DNA from: Promethearchaeum syntrophicum
Lineage (GTDB): Archaea; Asgardarchaeota; Lokiarchaeia; Sigyniarchaeales; Promethearchaeaceae
NCBI RefSeq assembly: GCF_008000775.2
Contig: NZ_CP042905.2
Span: forward strand, 900,001-932,000
Direction of reading: 5' to 3'
Length of the DNA stretch: 32,000 nucleotides
The translations under genes and the position numbers were made by a program. How positions within the stretch are numbered: the stretch's first letter is position 1; every line of letters begins with the position of its first letter. The notes below the pieces were generated by a model that saw nothing but the letters and a program-made list of their open reading frames with translations, had not been told where the DNA came from and ran no database searches. Shown piece after piece: positions 16,944-26,699 of the stretch.

Positions 16944-17379
16944 TAAGAATGTATATAAGAATAATTATATGCAAGGTTCACCGGATGAGTTATTAATGAA
17001 GGTAAAATACGAGAGAGATCTCTGATTACACTCATAAATGTTGTGGATATAACTTAAATCGAATCGAAAAAGAGGGTTTTTAATTTATCCAAATCAGCAA
17101 TAGTACTAGTAATTTTAAACTTAGTCTGTTAAGTATTCCTTGTGTTTTAATGCCCAGTGTAGCATTTTTTCTTCAATCTGAGCAATTTCTTCGTCTGTTA
17201 TCATAAATTAATCACCTTAAGCATGTGTCTTATATTTCTATAAAAAAGGCTATTTTTTTTTTTAAATAAAATCTATAGCTATTTTCTATAACGCTTACTA
17301 AGGCTTTGTGTTACATGTTCAAAAAATTTTTCGAATACAATTATTTGTTGGTGAGAAAAATGGGATTAAATTTTTTTAT

Positions 17380-18075
17380 TTATTCTATCTTATATCCACT
17401 CTTTTCCCAAGCGTCTCTCATAATTGGGTTCTTTTTAAGAAATTCATCAACAATATCTTTAGGAACACTATTAAATGGGCATGAAAAATTAATACAAACG
17501 GTGCAGATTTGGGTTTTAAGAACAATTAGCCAAATCACGAACCCCAAAGCTGAAATTCCTAGAAGTAAAAATTGTTGACCAATAATTAAAAATACATAAG
17601 GAATAACACCTATTAATAATACTCCAAAAATAAATTGTATCTGTTCAGATTTGTTCATAGGATGTGGTTTAAAGGATGCTGTTCGAATAAAACCACCATT
17701 TGCATAGCAATGAAGAATTTTTGTTCCCCCTTCTGCATAATATGGACAATGGCTGCATAGCATTTGTGGCTCCCAAATTAAAAAGAAAATAACCAAATAG
17801 ACAATCCAAGATACCAGACCCAAATAAAAAAGCAAGGATTCAACACCCAATTTGAAAATTCCAATAATTGCAGGAATGAAAAATATAAAGAAAGTCCCCC
17901 CAAACATAGCTGAGTATTTTAGATCTAAATGGCATTGAAGTTTTTTGTTAATTGAACAATCCTCACATATTTTATTATCTGCCCAAATGCATATATTACA
18001 GGGATTTTTCTCAGAATCCATTATTTTTTTTTTTTCTTCCTTTTTTATATTTTGATTTTGCTCCAATTTACTCAC
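17380..18075 (-). CDS. Cys-rich polytopic membrane protein, function unknown
   Basis: 231 aa with three Cys clusters: CNICIWADNKICEDCSINKKLQCH (N-terminal), CSHCPYYAEGGTKILHC (a loop) and CTVCINFSCPFN (C-terminal). They are separated by TM helices. The overlapping plus-strand ORF 17306..17578 is treated as a shadow. Confidence 0.65.
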   Translation of the reverse strand: MSKLEQNQNIKKEEKKKIMDSEKNPCNICIWADNKICEDCSINKKLQCHLDLKYSAMFGGTFFIFFIPAIIGIFKLGVESLLFYLGLVSWIVYLVIFFLIWEPQMLCSHCPYYAEGGTKILHCYANGGFIRTASFKPHPMNKSEQIQFIFGVLLIGVIPYVFLIIGQQFLLLGISALGFVIWLIVLKTQICTVCINFSCPFNSVPKDIVDEFLKKNPIMRDAWEKSGYKIE

Positions 18076-18100
18076 CTATATATTAGCTCAAGGATTAAAA

Positions 18101-18907
18101 ATGGTATTAATGACTGATTATGAGCTTTTTAATTTAAATGAATTGAATGGATGGATAATTGGATCAGAATTTGAAAAAAATACGCCCTTCTATTCATCTT
18201 TATTCCAACTGGGTAGAACCAATTATTTATATCCTTGGAAAGATCCGAAGTTTCATTATCATACAGAATCTATCGAAATATATCTTGTCCTGCAAGGGGA
18301 ATTATGGGTTATTGTTGATGAAATTGCAGTAATATTAAAGGAAAAATCAATCCTTCTTGTGCAACCTGGAATATTTCATTCTGTAATCGGGGGAAAAGGA
18401 TTGATTCAACATTTCGGGATGAAAATTCCTTCTATGGAGGATAAAAAGATTATTAAAGAAGAAAAAGATGATTATGAAAATAAAATTGAAAAAATTACTA
18501 AATCTGGTTTCAATCAAAGTCCATATAAGCAATTGGATCGCAATCATGGATTTATTGCAGATTTGAAAGAAGAAAGTAATATCAATTGCTGGTTAATTGG
18601 ATTGTGGGAAGTGAAATATAAAACAGAAAAGTTTTGTTTTGCATATATAAATTTTGACACGTTAGAAGAAAAAAACGCCCATATTCATCAAGATCATTTT
18701 CATTACCATTCAGAAAGCACAGAATGGTATTTTACATTCAAAAATTCGCAAGAATTATTGGTAAACGATACAATAGTGAAGGTTCCTGAGGGATATTTAT
18801 TAAAAATTCCAAAAGGAATTCCTCACAAACAAATTTCCATGAGTTTCCCCTTTGAAGGAGCCACGATTCGAACCCCAATTCAAGATGATAAAATCATCCT
18901 CAGCTGA
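18101..18907 (+). CDS. bicupin protein (two cupin beta-barrel domains)
   Basis: There are two copies of the cupin pattern: HYHTESIEIYLVLQGELWVIVDE...VQPGIFHSV and HYHSESTEWYFTFKNSQELLVND...IPKGIPHKQ. A K/E-rich linker joins them. Confidence 0.7.
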   Translation: MVLMTDYELFNLNELNGWIIGSEFEKNTPFYSSLFQLGRTNYLYPWKDPKFHYHTESIEIYLVLQGELWVIVDEIAVILKEKSILLVQPGIFHSVIGGKGLIQHFGMKIPSMEDKKIIKEEKDDYENKIEKITKSGFNQSPYKQLDRNHGFIADLKEESNINCWLIGLWEVKYKTEKFCFAYINFDTLEEKNAHIHQDHFHYHSESTEWYFTFKNSQELLVNDTIVKVPEGYLLKIPKGIPHKQISMSFPFEGATIRTPIQDDKIILS

Positions 18908-18914
18908 TTTAGAG

Positions 18915-18939
18915 AAATGAGGTGATTTTTTCCTCATTT
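18915..18939 (+). terminator. hairpin followed by a T-rich tract downstream of the bicupin gene
   Basis: aaatgagg (18915-18922) pairs with cctcattt (18932-18939), giving 8 bp with a 9-nt loop, followed by tttattc. Archaeal termination mainly needs oligo-T, so the role of the hairpin is uncertain. Confidence 0.3.
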
Positions 18940-19113
18940 TTATTCTTTAGAGTGCATTTCTTTCAACTATGGTATTTTATATAAGATATCGGTTTTTGGT
19001 TCAAGTATAATTTTTGGATTAAATCACCCTTTGACATAATTAATGGAGTTTTCTTAAAATTATTTCAAAAGTAAAGAGTTATGGTTAAAATGTACTAGTT
19101 TACTAGAATTATA

Positions 19114-19614
19114 ATGGAAAAAAACATCCTTGAGAAACTTGAAAAATCCCATTCTTTAGCGGATATATTCGAATTAGTTAAAGATTGCGTTGATTCTTTA
19201 TATAAGAAACATCGACGTGGATTAATGTTAGGTTTAGCTGATTTAGGTGGAGGTGCAAATGCATGGATTGGAGGATATCATATAATATCTTCCAATGCAA
19301 TTATAATGAATTCTCGCCCTTTAGATTATGTAAAAAAGCATCACCCAGAATTGCATAAACCTTACGTGTTTGTTATTCTAACTCATGAATATATTCATAC
19401 TTTGGGGGTACTTGATGAAAAAACATGTCGGGAACTCACCTATAAATTATGTCATTCCTTATTAAAAGATGAAATAACAACAGCAATGGCTAAAGACATG
19501 AGTAAATTTCTCCCAAAAATCCAACAAGCAAGTTTTGGATGGCAACCCAGCCAAGATCCACATATTTATTATGTTCGGGATTTTGATCGGTCATCTGTGA
19601 CTTATGTTATATAA
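19114..19614 (+). CDS. small HExxH-motif protein (putative zinc metallopeptidase-like)
   Basis: 166 aa. VILTHEYIHTLGVLDE contains HEYIH (HExxH) followed by G and E. No signal peptide or TM segment is seen. Confidence 0.55.
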   Translation: MEKNILEKLEKSHSLADIFELVKDCVDSLYKKHRRGLMLGLADLGGGANAWIGGYHIISSNAIIMNSRPLDYVKKHHPELHKPYVFVILTHEYIHTLGVLDEKTCRELTYKLCHSLLKDEITTAMAKDMSKFLPKIQQASFGWQPSQDPHIYYVRDFDRSSVTYVI

Positions 19615-19643
19615 GTAGATCGAATTAACTTCTTCATCAAGAA

Positions 19644-22316
19644 TTAATTTTTATTTATATCAAAGGTATTAATTCTGTTCACTAAGATCTTTGTAATTTG
19701 ATATAATTCTTCAATGTTATCACATCTTTTGCGAGGATCTTCATTTAACATTCTTTTTAATAGGGGAAAAATGAAATCAATCTTTGAAAAATGTTTTCGA
19801 TGGATTTCTGAAATTTGCAAACCTTTATCTCCATCGTATTTGGAAAATGTTAACATAAAGAAAATTGTTGCGCCTATTGCAAAAATGTCTGCATTATACC
19901 CAACATGAGGAGATGTTAATTGTTCGGGAGCGGAAAATCCATCTGTTCCACATCCACCAACGATTGTGAAATCTGTTCCAGTAATTTCTTTGGGGGCTGT
20001 GGCGATCCCAAAATCTATTAATATAATATCTTCTGGGTGTGGTATGGATTCGTATGTATCAATAATTATATTTGAAGGTTTAATATCACGGTGAACTATT
20101 CCGGATTCATGAACTGAAATAGTTGCTTGTAATAATCCCACAAAAATTGTCAAAATAGCTAGTGGATCCAACATTTCATTTTTTTCTTGTAATGATTTAA
20201 TTCGTCTCTCTAATGTACCGTGTTGGTAGAAGGGTTCTTGTAAAATATAACCAAAATTTCCTTGATATTCTCCCAAAAATGAATCTATTAATTTGATTAT
20301 GTTATCGGATTCTATTTTCGAAAGTAAAGTGATTTCTCTAAGCGCCATATGTTCAATTAGCTTGCGATTTGTAATATCTCCTTTAAAGATTATATGTTTA
20401 AGAACGTAAAGTTTCATTGCATTCCGTTCTTCTGCCAACCATAGTTGTGAATAATTGGTAAAAGCAAGCAATTTCTTGACATCAAATCTTTCTTCAATAT
20501 CAACAACAATTGGTTCTGTTTCTATTTTAGATTGTTCAAGCTGACCTCCAAATTTTAAATGGTCCAAAAACATCTTAACGGTTATTCGATTTTGAATCGC
20601 TAAATCTCTTATTTTATGCTGTAAACTCGGGATATCTGTTATATATGGTTCATTGTAAACAAGTGGGAGAAGTTCTGAATATGCAATTTCACTATATGCC
20701 TTGGAGTACTTTGTTAATTGATCATAAAGTTGATCTTCAACAAGTTGTGCGTGATGTGCAAGTTGTTCTTTTTGTTCGGATTGTTTTTTCATTAAATCAA
20801 GTTCTTTCTTCGGAATTCGACTTAAATACTGTAAAGCAAGAGAGTTTTTAGAATCGAGATCGATACAATTATTTAATGCATTAACAGATTGTTGATAATC
20901 TCCAGTATTAAAAAAACCAATTCCTAAATACATCCATAGTTGAGGATTTTTAGAAGAAATTGCCAAAGCTTGTTTAAACGCTCGAATTGATCTTCTATAA
21001 TCCCCTCTATTATTAAAAGCAACACCACTTGATGTCCATGCATGAATATTGTAAGTATTTAATTGGAGTACGTTTCGATATGCGAGTAAAGAATTCAGGT
21101 AATCTTCATTTTTAAGGAGTTCATTGGCAAAATTTAACCATTCTTCCTCAGTTTTATAATTTTTATTTAACACGGTCTGGATTTTTGGATTTGGAATAGG
21201 AACGGCTTTAGGTGGAACCTTCTTTTTTTTTTTTTTGATTTTGATGGGGGGACTTGGAACTGATTTAATATTCGGTTTAGAATTTAAATTGTATTCATAT
21301 TTTCTATTTCGTGGTAAGCTTGGGGGATTTTGTTGGACAAATTGAAGTTGTTTTTCTGGAACAATCTTTTTTCGTTCTTCTTTAACTTCATCTTTTGAGA
21401 GAACCTGTGTGTTAAATTCTAATTCTTTATCGATTGCTTTTCGATCTTTTGACAATCGTTTTTGCTTTTCAAATTCCAATTTTTTTTTATGTTTATCTTG
21501 GCAGTATCTTACAATTCGGTTTGCAGGTTTTAGAATATATGATAAAGATTCTGAATTTAAAGAGTTTCTAGCTAAATTTATTTTTTCTAAAACAATATGG
21601 TCTTGTAAATTCTCTAAATCTACGATTTTATTATCATTTAAATTTAAAAATTTCAAGAGTTTGTTTTCATTCAAATTTTCAATCTTTTTAATCTGATTTA
21701 AAGCAAGATTTAATTCTCGTAGATTTTTAAGCTTGGTCAATCCTTCAATTTTCTCAATTTTAGTTTTAGCTAGCATTAAAGTTTCTAATTGCCTCAATTC
21801 TGAGAGATTTTCAATTTTCTCAATTGGATTTCTGTTTAATTTTAGAACCACTAAATCTTTCAGACGATCCAATCCTTCAATTTTAGATATTTGATTAACA
21901 TTTAAATTCAGAACTTGAAGTCTTCTAAGATTATAGAGAGCTTGTATGATTGTAATTTTATTATCGGATAGGTCCAATTCTTTTAAATCAACCATATGGT
22001 CTAAATTCTCAATGGTTTTAATTGAATTTTCTCGGAAATTTAATTTTATTAACCTTTCTAACGGTCTAAGGTTGTAAATTTTTTCAATATGGTTTCGCGA
22101 AAGATCTAAATGTCTAAGATGTTGAAACTCACCAATTTCCTTTGGAATACTCTTTAGTTCTTTATATTTCATAAATAAACCTGTAATATTCCCATTTTCA
22201 ATTCTAAAATTAAAATCTTGTAAACCATATTTCTCAATTAACTTTTGAATTGCATTTCTCTCACTTTTCACTTTAATATATTTAATTTTAAGTTTAAGGG
22301 TTTTTTTCATTGACAT
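19644..22316 (-). CDS. LRR - Pro/Lys-rich linker - TPR - Ser/Thr protein kinase multidomain protein (890 aa)
   Basis: There are nine 22-residue LRRs (LxxLxxLxLxxNxIxxIxxL, e.g. LKELDLSDNKITIIQALYNLRR) and a linker PSPPIKIKKKKKKVPPKAVPIPNP. About three TPRs follow (AWTSSGVAFNNRGDYRRSIRAFKQALAISSKNPQLWMYLGIGFFNTGDYQQSVNALNNCIDLD). The kinase motifs are YVLK (beta3 Lys), HRDIKPSN, DFGIA, SAPE and DIFAIGAT. No GxGxxG loop is recognisable. Confidence 0.9.
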   Translation of the reverse strand: MSMKKTLKLKIKYIKVKSERNAIQKLIEKYGLQDFNFRIENGNITGLFMKYKELKSIPKEIGEFQHLRHLDLSRNHIEKIYNLRPLERLIKLNFRENSIKTIENLDHMVDLKELDLSDNKITIIQALYNLRRLQVLNLNVNQISKIEGLDRLKDLVVLKLNRNPIEKIENLSELRQLETLMLAKTKIEKIEGLTKLKNLRELNLALNQIKKIENLNENKLLKFLNLNDNKIVDLENLQDHIVLEKINLARNSLNSESLSYILKPANRIVRYCQDKHKKKLEFEKQKRLSKDRKAIDKELEFNTQVLSKDEVKEERKKIVPEKQLQFVQQNPPSLPRNRKYEYNLNSKPNIKSVPSPPIKIKKKKKKVPPKAVPIPNPKIQTVLNKNYKTEEEWLNFANELLKNEDYLNSLLAYRNVLQLNTYNIHAWTSSGVAFNNRGDYRRSIRAFKQALAISSKNPQLWMYLGIGFFNTGDYQQSVNALNNCIDLDSKNSLALQYLSRIPKKELDLMKKQSEQKEQLAHHAQLVEDQLYDQLTKYSKAYSEIAYSELLPLVYNEPYITDIPSLQHKIRDLAIQNRITVKMFLDHLKFGGQLEQSKIETEPIVVDIEERFDVKKLLAFTNYSQLWLAEERNAMKLYVLKHIIFKGDITNRKLIEHMALREITLLSKIESDNIIKLIDSFLGEYQGNFGYILQEPFYQHGTLERRIKSLQEKNEMLDPLAILTIFVGLLQATISVHESGIVHRDIKPSNIIIDTYESIPHPEDIILIDFGIATAPKEITGTDFTIVGGCGTDGFSAPEQLTSPHVGYNADIFAIGATIFFMLTFSKYDGDKGLQISEIHRKHFSKIDFIFPLLKRMLNEDPRKRCDNIEELYQITKILVNRINTFDINKN
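21555..22125 (-). repeat. 66-bp periodic coding repeats (nine SDS22-like leucine-rich repeats) inside the kinase gene
   Basis: The translated repeats run from FQHLRHLDLSRNHIEKI (about 22124) to VLEKINLARNSLNS (about 21551). Each is 22 aa with the ...IEKIENL... consensus. Confidence 0.8.
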
Positions 22317-22405
22317 TGATAGACCTACCTTTTAAAAAAAAAGGATTTTTACATTATACGTTTTAGGTATAATTAGAACCTAGCTATAAAAAAATATTGA
22401 TAAAT

Positions 22406-23707
22406 ATGGGAAATACTAAAATCTTAAGAGTGGGTATTGTCGGATGCGGGAGAATTTTCCAAAGCCATAATCATGCATACAATGATCTAGAAAATGTTGT
22501 GGTAACTGGATTTTATGATAGAATAAAAAAAAGAGCGCAAGAGTGGCATAATCGAATGACTGAAGAGATGCAACTTGTTAAAGAAGTGGCATTAGAGCAT
22601 GAAGATGAGAACGATGAACGCCACTTAGAAAGATGCAGAATTTTTGAGGAAGAATCCGAAGTTTATGAAAATTTTCAAGATCTACTTAATAATGTAGATG
22701 TTATTGATATTTCCACTCCTAATTATGCCCATGCTCCTTATGCGATATGGGCGTTAAGACAAAATAAATCTGTAATGTCTGAAAAACCTCCTGCTCTTTG
22801 TTCATTAGAAACTCAATGGATTTGTGAAGCAAAAGAAAAATCTAAAGCTCATTATCAAATTAATGAAAATTTCTTATGGAAGGTTTTTGTCAGAGAGATA
22901 AAGAAAATAATTGATAACAATGTTATTGGAAAAATAAATGAAATTAATATTAAATTGGGGCATGGTGGACCTTCTTGGGGTTGGCAGGAAAATTTTCTAA
23001 ACCCCACTATATCAGGTGGGGGAGTTCTGTCAGACATGGGTTCTCATGCTCTAGGTTTTGTATTTGGAATTCTTGGACATGAATATGAGATAGAAAAAGT
23101 CCAAACAATTCGGATGGAGACAAGTTCTAAATCAGAAAAAATTATGAGAGATCTTGAAAATAAAGAGGAATATCTAAAAGAACGATTTATGGTTGAAGAT
23201 GAAGCAGAAGTTAAAATAAAGATGATAAATAAAGATACAAAACAAGAAATATTAATTCAAATTGAAGTGTCGTGGGCTAAAACTTATAAAGAGATCTCTG
23301 TTCACGGTTCTAAAGCAACATGTGAACTCGGAGAAGATGAAAGAAAACAAAATATCTTAATCATCAAAAGTGAGAATGGAAAAAAGCAAAAAATAAAAAT
23401 TCCAGGGCAAGGGAGAGACAGCCACCAAATGCAGATAACTGATTTCCTATCTCGAATTGTAAAAGATCAAGATTCATTTGCCAATGAAAAAATTGCTCAT
23501 AAGATACAGACAATTATTTCCGCTTCATATTTATCTAATTTGCTTGGATTTAAATCAAATAAGAAGAAAAAGGAAGGAAAACCAATCACTCCCGATAAAT
23601 TAAACAAATTTTATCAAGATATTATTAAAAGCGGTTGTCCTAAAAATATAATTATTGAGGAGATTATTTACCACTTCGTATCACCATTTATTAAGAGTTC
23701 TGAATAA
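22406..23707 (+). CDS. Gfo/Idh/MocA-family NAD(P)-dependent oxidoreductase
   Basis: N-terminal Rossmann motif LRVGIVGCGRIFQSH and the EKP motif (VMSEKPPA). The ORF track starts at a TTG (22397). The ATG at 22406 (MGNTKILRVGIVG) is the more likely start. Confidence 0.8.
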   Translation: MGNTKILRVGIVGCGRIFQSHNHAYNDLENVVVTGFYDRIKKRAQEWHNRMTEEMQLVKEVALEHEDENDERHLERCRIFEEESEVYENFQDLLNNVDVIDISTPNYAHAPYAIWALRQNKSVMSEKPPALCSLETQWICEAKEKSKAHYQINENFLWKVFVREIKKIIDNNVIGKINEINIKLGHGGPSWGWQENFLNPTISGGGVLSDMGSHALGFVFGILGHEYEIEKVQTIRMETSSKSEKIMRDLENKEEYLKERFMVEDEAEVKIKMINKDTKQEILIQIEVSWAKTYKEISVHGSKATCELGEDERKQNILIIKSENGKKQKIKIPGQGRDSHQMQITDFLSRIVKDQDSFANEKIAHKIQTIISASYLSNLLGFKSNKKKKEGKPITPDKLNKFYQDIIKSGCPKNIIIEEIIYHFVSPFIKSSE

Positions 23708-23756
23708 TGAATAATTATTTTTCAATGAAATTTTCAAATTAAAATACAAAAAAAAA

Positions 23757-24932
23757 GTGAAAATTATGAAAGAAACAGCAGATGCAATTAATAGAATCCC
23801 TCCTGATGAAGTAGGACCGTTTGCAGTTCTAATAAAAGCCCAGAAACTTGAGCGAGAAGGTCGTAAGATTTTACATTTCGAAATAGGGCAACCTGATTAT
23901 CAGTGTCCGAACCATATTTCGGAAGCAGGTATTCAAGCAATTAGGGATGGCCATACGAAATACGTTCAAACTGCAGGAATTCCCGATTTTAAAGAAGCAA
24001 TCCAAGATGAAATTGAAAAAACTCGTGGTTTTAGACCAACTTCAGATCAAATTGTTGTGTTTCCAGGAGGTAATACTGCTATTTTTTATATTTTGGCAGC
24101 CACTCTTAATCCCGGAGATGAAGTGATATATCCAAATCCAAGTTTTCCCACTTATGGACTATCTGCACATTACTTGAATGCAAAACATGTAATGCTACCA
24201 GTTAAAGAAGAAAACGGATTTAGACTTGATCCTGGAGATATTTTAGATAGAATAACTGATAAAACTAAGCTTATCATAATAAATTCTCCTCAGAATCCTA
24301 CAGGTGCAGTTACTAACAAAAAGGAAATACAGAAAATTGCTGAAATAGCTGAAGAAAAAAATATCTTTTTATTTACAGATGAAATTTATTCCAAGATGTT
24401 ATACGACGAAACACACTATTCTGCTTCAGTTCAAGATAAATGTCAAGAACGGACCATTTTAATTGATGGAATGGCGAAAGCGTATGCAATGACGGGATGG
24501 AGATTAGGGTATGCTGTTGCTCCGCCAAATGTGGCTAAAAAAATGTGCGAACTAATTGTTACATCATTTTCATGTGTTCCTGCATTTATCCAGAAAGCCG
24601 GAATTGCTGCATTAAAGGGAGATCAATCCTTTATTAAAACTAATATGGATCTTTACAGAAAAAGGCGCGATGTAATTGTGAGTGGATTAAATTCAATTCC
24701 AGGATTTCATTGTACGGTTCCACAAGGGGCATTTTATGCATTTCCAAGTATTACTGGTACTGGAAAAACAAGTATTGAATTGGCTGATCTTCTTCTCAAT
24801 GAAGCTGGGGTTGCTTGTCTTCCAGGTCCTGCTTTTGGTCCCTATGGAGAAGGTTTCTTACGTTTTTCCTATGCAACCACAATTGATACAATAAAGGAAG
24901 CGATTGAAGCCATAAAAAAAGTTATTTCATAA
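23757..24932 (+). CDS. class I/II PLP-dependent aminotransferase (aspartate/aromatic aminotransferase-like)
   Basis: Motifs INSPQNPTG, DEIYSKM, GMAKAYAMTGWRLGY (with the PLP-binding Lys) and a C-terminal FLRFSY. The start is either GTG 23757 or ATG 23766. Confidence 0.88.
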   Translation: MKIMKETADAINRIPPDEVGPFAVLIKAQKLEREGRKILHFEIGQPDYQCPNHISEAGIQAIRDGHTKYVQTAGIPDFKEAIQDEIEKTRGFRPTSDQIVVFPGGNTAIFYILAATLNPGDEVIYPNPSFPTYGLSAHYLNAKHVMLPVKEENGFRLDPGDILDRITDKTKLIIINSPQNPTGAVTNKKEIQKIAEIAEEKNIFLFTDEIYSKMLYDETHYSASVQDKCQERTILIDGMAKAYAMTGWRLGYAVAPPNVAKKMCELIVTSFSCVPAFIQKAGIAALKGDQSFIKTNMDLYRKRRDVIVSGLNSIPGFHCTVPQGAFYAFPSITGTGKTSIELADLLLNEAGVACLPGPAFGPYGEGFLRFSYATTIDTIKEAIEAIKKVIS

Positions 24933-25052
24933 TTATCTACTTTTTTTTGAAATAATTTTAAGATTTTAATGATACTTGGTTTGGATATGAATTAGAAAGA
25001 TAAATTATCCATAATTCAAAATAAAATAAAAAAGGAAAAAAGAGAAGATTTG

Positions 25053-25346
25053 TTATTCGATAAGTTTGAGGGCTTCTTCGGCTGAAAAAGTCCCCTTGAT
25101 ATCGTATTCAAATCCTTCAATATCTTCGTATTTCATCATGGTTTTCATATATTCTCCGATCCTTTGACCCAATTTTTCCGGGGTAACTTCTTCGATTTGG
25201 ATAGTCACAAGTTTTCCGCATTCAGTATGAGTAGAATGAACCTTGACTGCTGGGTTTGGAGGATTATCTTTAGTCAACTCCAAAAATCGAGCCACTACCT
25301 TTTCTCTCACTTGATGGGAATAAATTGCTTTCATTAAAACATACAT
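25053..25346 (-). CDS. hypothetical small protein (97 aa)
   Basis: Isolated minus-strand ORF with an ATG start and AT-rich promoter-like sequence upstream. No motif recognised. Confidence 0.45.
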   Translation of the reverse strand: MYVLMKAIYSHQVREKVVARFLELTKDNPPNPAVKVHSTHTECGKLVTIQIEEVTPEKLGQRIGEYMKTMMKYEDIEGFEYDIKGTFSAEEALKLIE

Positions 25347-25490
25347 TTTTTTTACATCCTTTTCTTTTCTTAGTAATATTATGTGCTTAAAATAAAAAGC
25401 AATTTTATTTTTGTTACAAAACCATTTAAAGGTTTACACTTTTGGAAAATCTGTTAGAAACATTGAAATTAGTTATTAGATTAAAAATAA

Positions 25491-26498
25491 GTGATTTCAA
25501 TGGTCTCGTTAATAATTGTAGGATTTGGAAACGTAGGACGCTCTTTAGCTGATATCATGCTTAAAGATCGTGAATATCTACATAAAACTTTTGGTTTTAA
25601 TTCTGAAATTAGGGCAATCTGTGAGTTGAAAGGAGCTTTAATTAATAAAAATGGTATTGATGTAGAAAATCTTTTAAAATTGAATGATATTTCTCAATCT
25701 TCTGATTGGGTACCCGATAAAACTGCATTAGATGTAGTTAAAGAAGTTGATGCAGACATTTTAGTGGAATGTAGCTGGGTAAATAAAGACACTGGGGAAC
25801 CTGCTGTTTCGACTTTAAAAGCAGCTATGAATCGAAAAATGCATATTGTTTCATCCAATAAAGGACCGTTCTATTTAAAATATAAAGAACTTAAGGAAGT
25901 AGCAGATAAGAATGAAGTCATGATGGGGATGGAGAGCACAGTTTTGAGTGCGGTTCCTGCATTAGCCGCTAAAACGACACTCGCTGGAACTCATATAAAA
26001 AGCATTCGGGGAATATTAAATGGAACATGCAATTACATCTTATCTCAGATGACTCAAAATGGCTCATCATTTGATGATGCTCTTAAGGAAGCTAAGGATT
26101 TAGGATATGCTGAAGCGGATCCAACACTTGATATAAATGGATATGATGCAGCAGGTAAAATTGTAATTCTTGCTAATGTTTTTCTTGGGTGGGATAAGAC
26201 AATTAAAGATGCTGATATTAAAGGAATTACAGAAGTGACAGCAGAAAAAATCGAACAAGCGAAAAAGGAGAATAAATACATCAAACATGTTTGTACTGCT
26301 AAAGATGGGAAGCTTACAGCTGGAACTGAATTGATCCCCATGGATTCTACTTTAGCAGTCATGGGTTCGCTTAATTTAGTTGAATTTGAAACTGTACATG
26401 CCGGGCCGTATACTTTTATTGGTCGTGGTGCAGGAGGTCCTGAAGCAGCTGCTGGGATTCTTTCCGATATTATCAATATTTCTCTCTTAAAATTCTAA
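25491..26498 (+). CDS. hom: homoserine dehydrogenase
   Basis: Motifs IVGFGNVGRS (NAD(P) binding), VSSNKGP, GILNGTCNYIL and LGYAEADPTLDINGYDAAGKIVILAN. The likely start is the ATG at 25500. T-runs follow the stop codon. Confidence 0.9.
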   Translation: MISMVSLIIVGFGNVGRSLADIMLKDREYLHKTFGFNSEIRAICELKGALINKNGIDVENLLKLNDISQSSDWVPDKTALDVVKEVDADILVECSWVNKDTGEPAVSTLKAAMNRKMHIVSSNKGPFYLKYKELKEVADKNEVMMGMESTVLSAVPALAAKTTLAGTHIKSIRGILNGTCNYILSQMTQNGSSFDDALKEAKDLGYAEADPTLDINGYDAAGKIVILANVFLGWDKTIKDADIKGITEVTAEKIEQAKKENKYIKHVCTAKDGKLTAGTELIPMDSTLAVMGSLNLVEFETVHAGPYTFIGRGAGGPEAAAGILSDIINISLLKF

Positions 26499-26699
26499 TT
26501 TTCAAGTTTTTTATTATATTTTTTTTTGAAGTTCCTTAAATTACGATTTTTTGCTTTATTTTGAAGAAGGTCATTTCTCCAACTCAACTCCTTCGCCATT
26601 TTCATCTTAAACATGATTTTTACTTATAGAAAAGGAAAGCTCTTTGAATTTGTGTAATTTTGGAATTCATACTTAGGAATCCATCACCAAAAGACTTTT

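Noticed and set aside
16985-17045. Possible C/D-box sRNA (ggatgag ... aatgaag ... ctga) in the HAD / Cys-rich-protein intergenic region
   Set aside because: The C box has a mismatch to RUGAUGA, and the spacing between the putative C, C' and D boxes leaves no room for 10-12-nt guides. There is no terminal stem.
17121-17204. 27-codon minus-strand ORF (MITDEEIAQIEEKMLHWALKHKEYLTD) preceded by ggtga
   Set aside because: It is too short to support without conservation or expression data. I note it as a candidate micro-protein only.
21221-21238. Long homopolymer runs (the T run at 21221-21238, the A run at 30552-30563, the A run at 1548-1557) as possible frameshift or pseudogene sites
   Set aside because: The reading frames continue intact through each run, encoding poly-Lys. 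No disrupted gene is evident.
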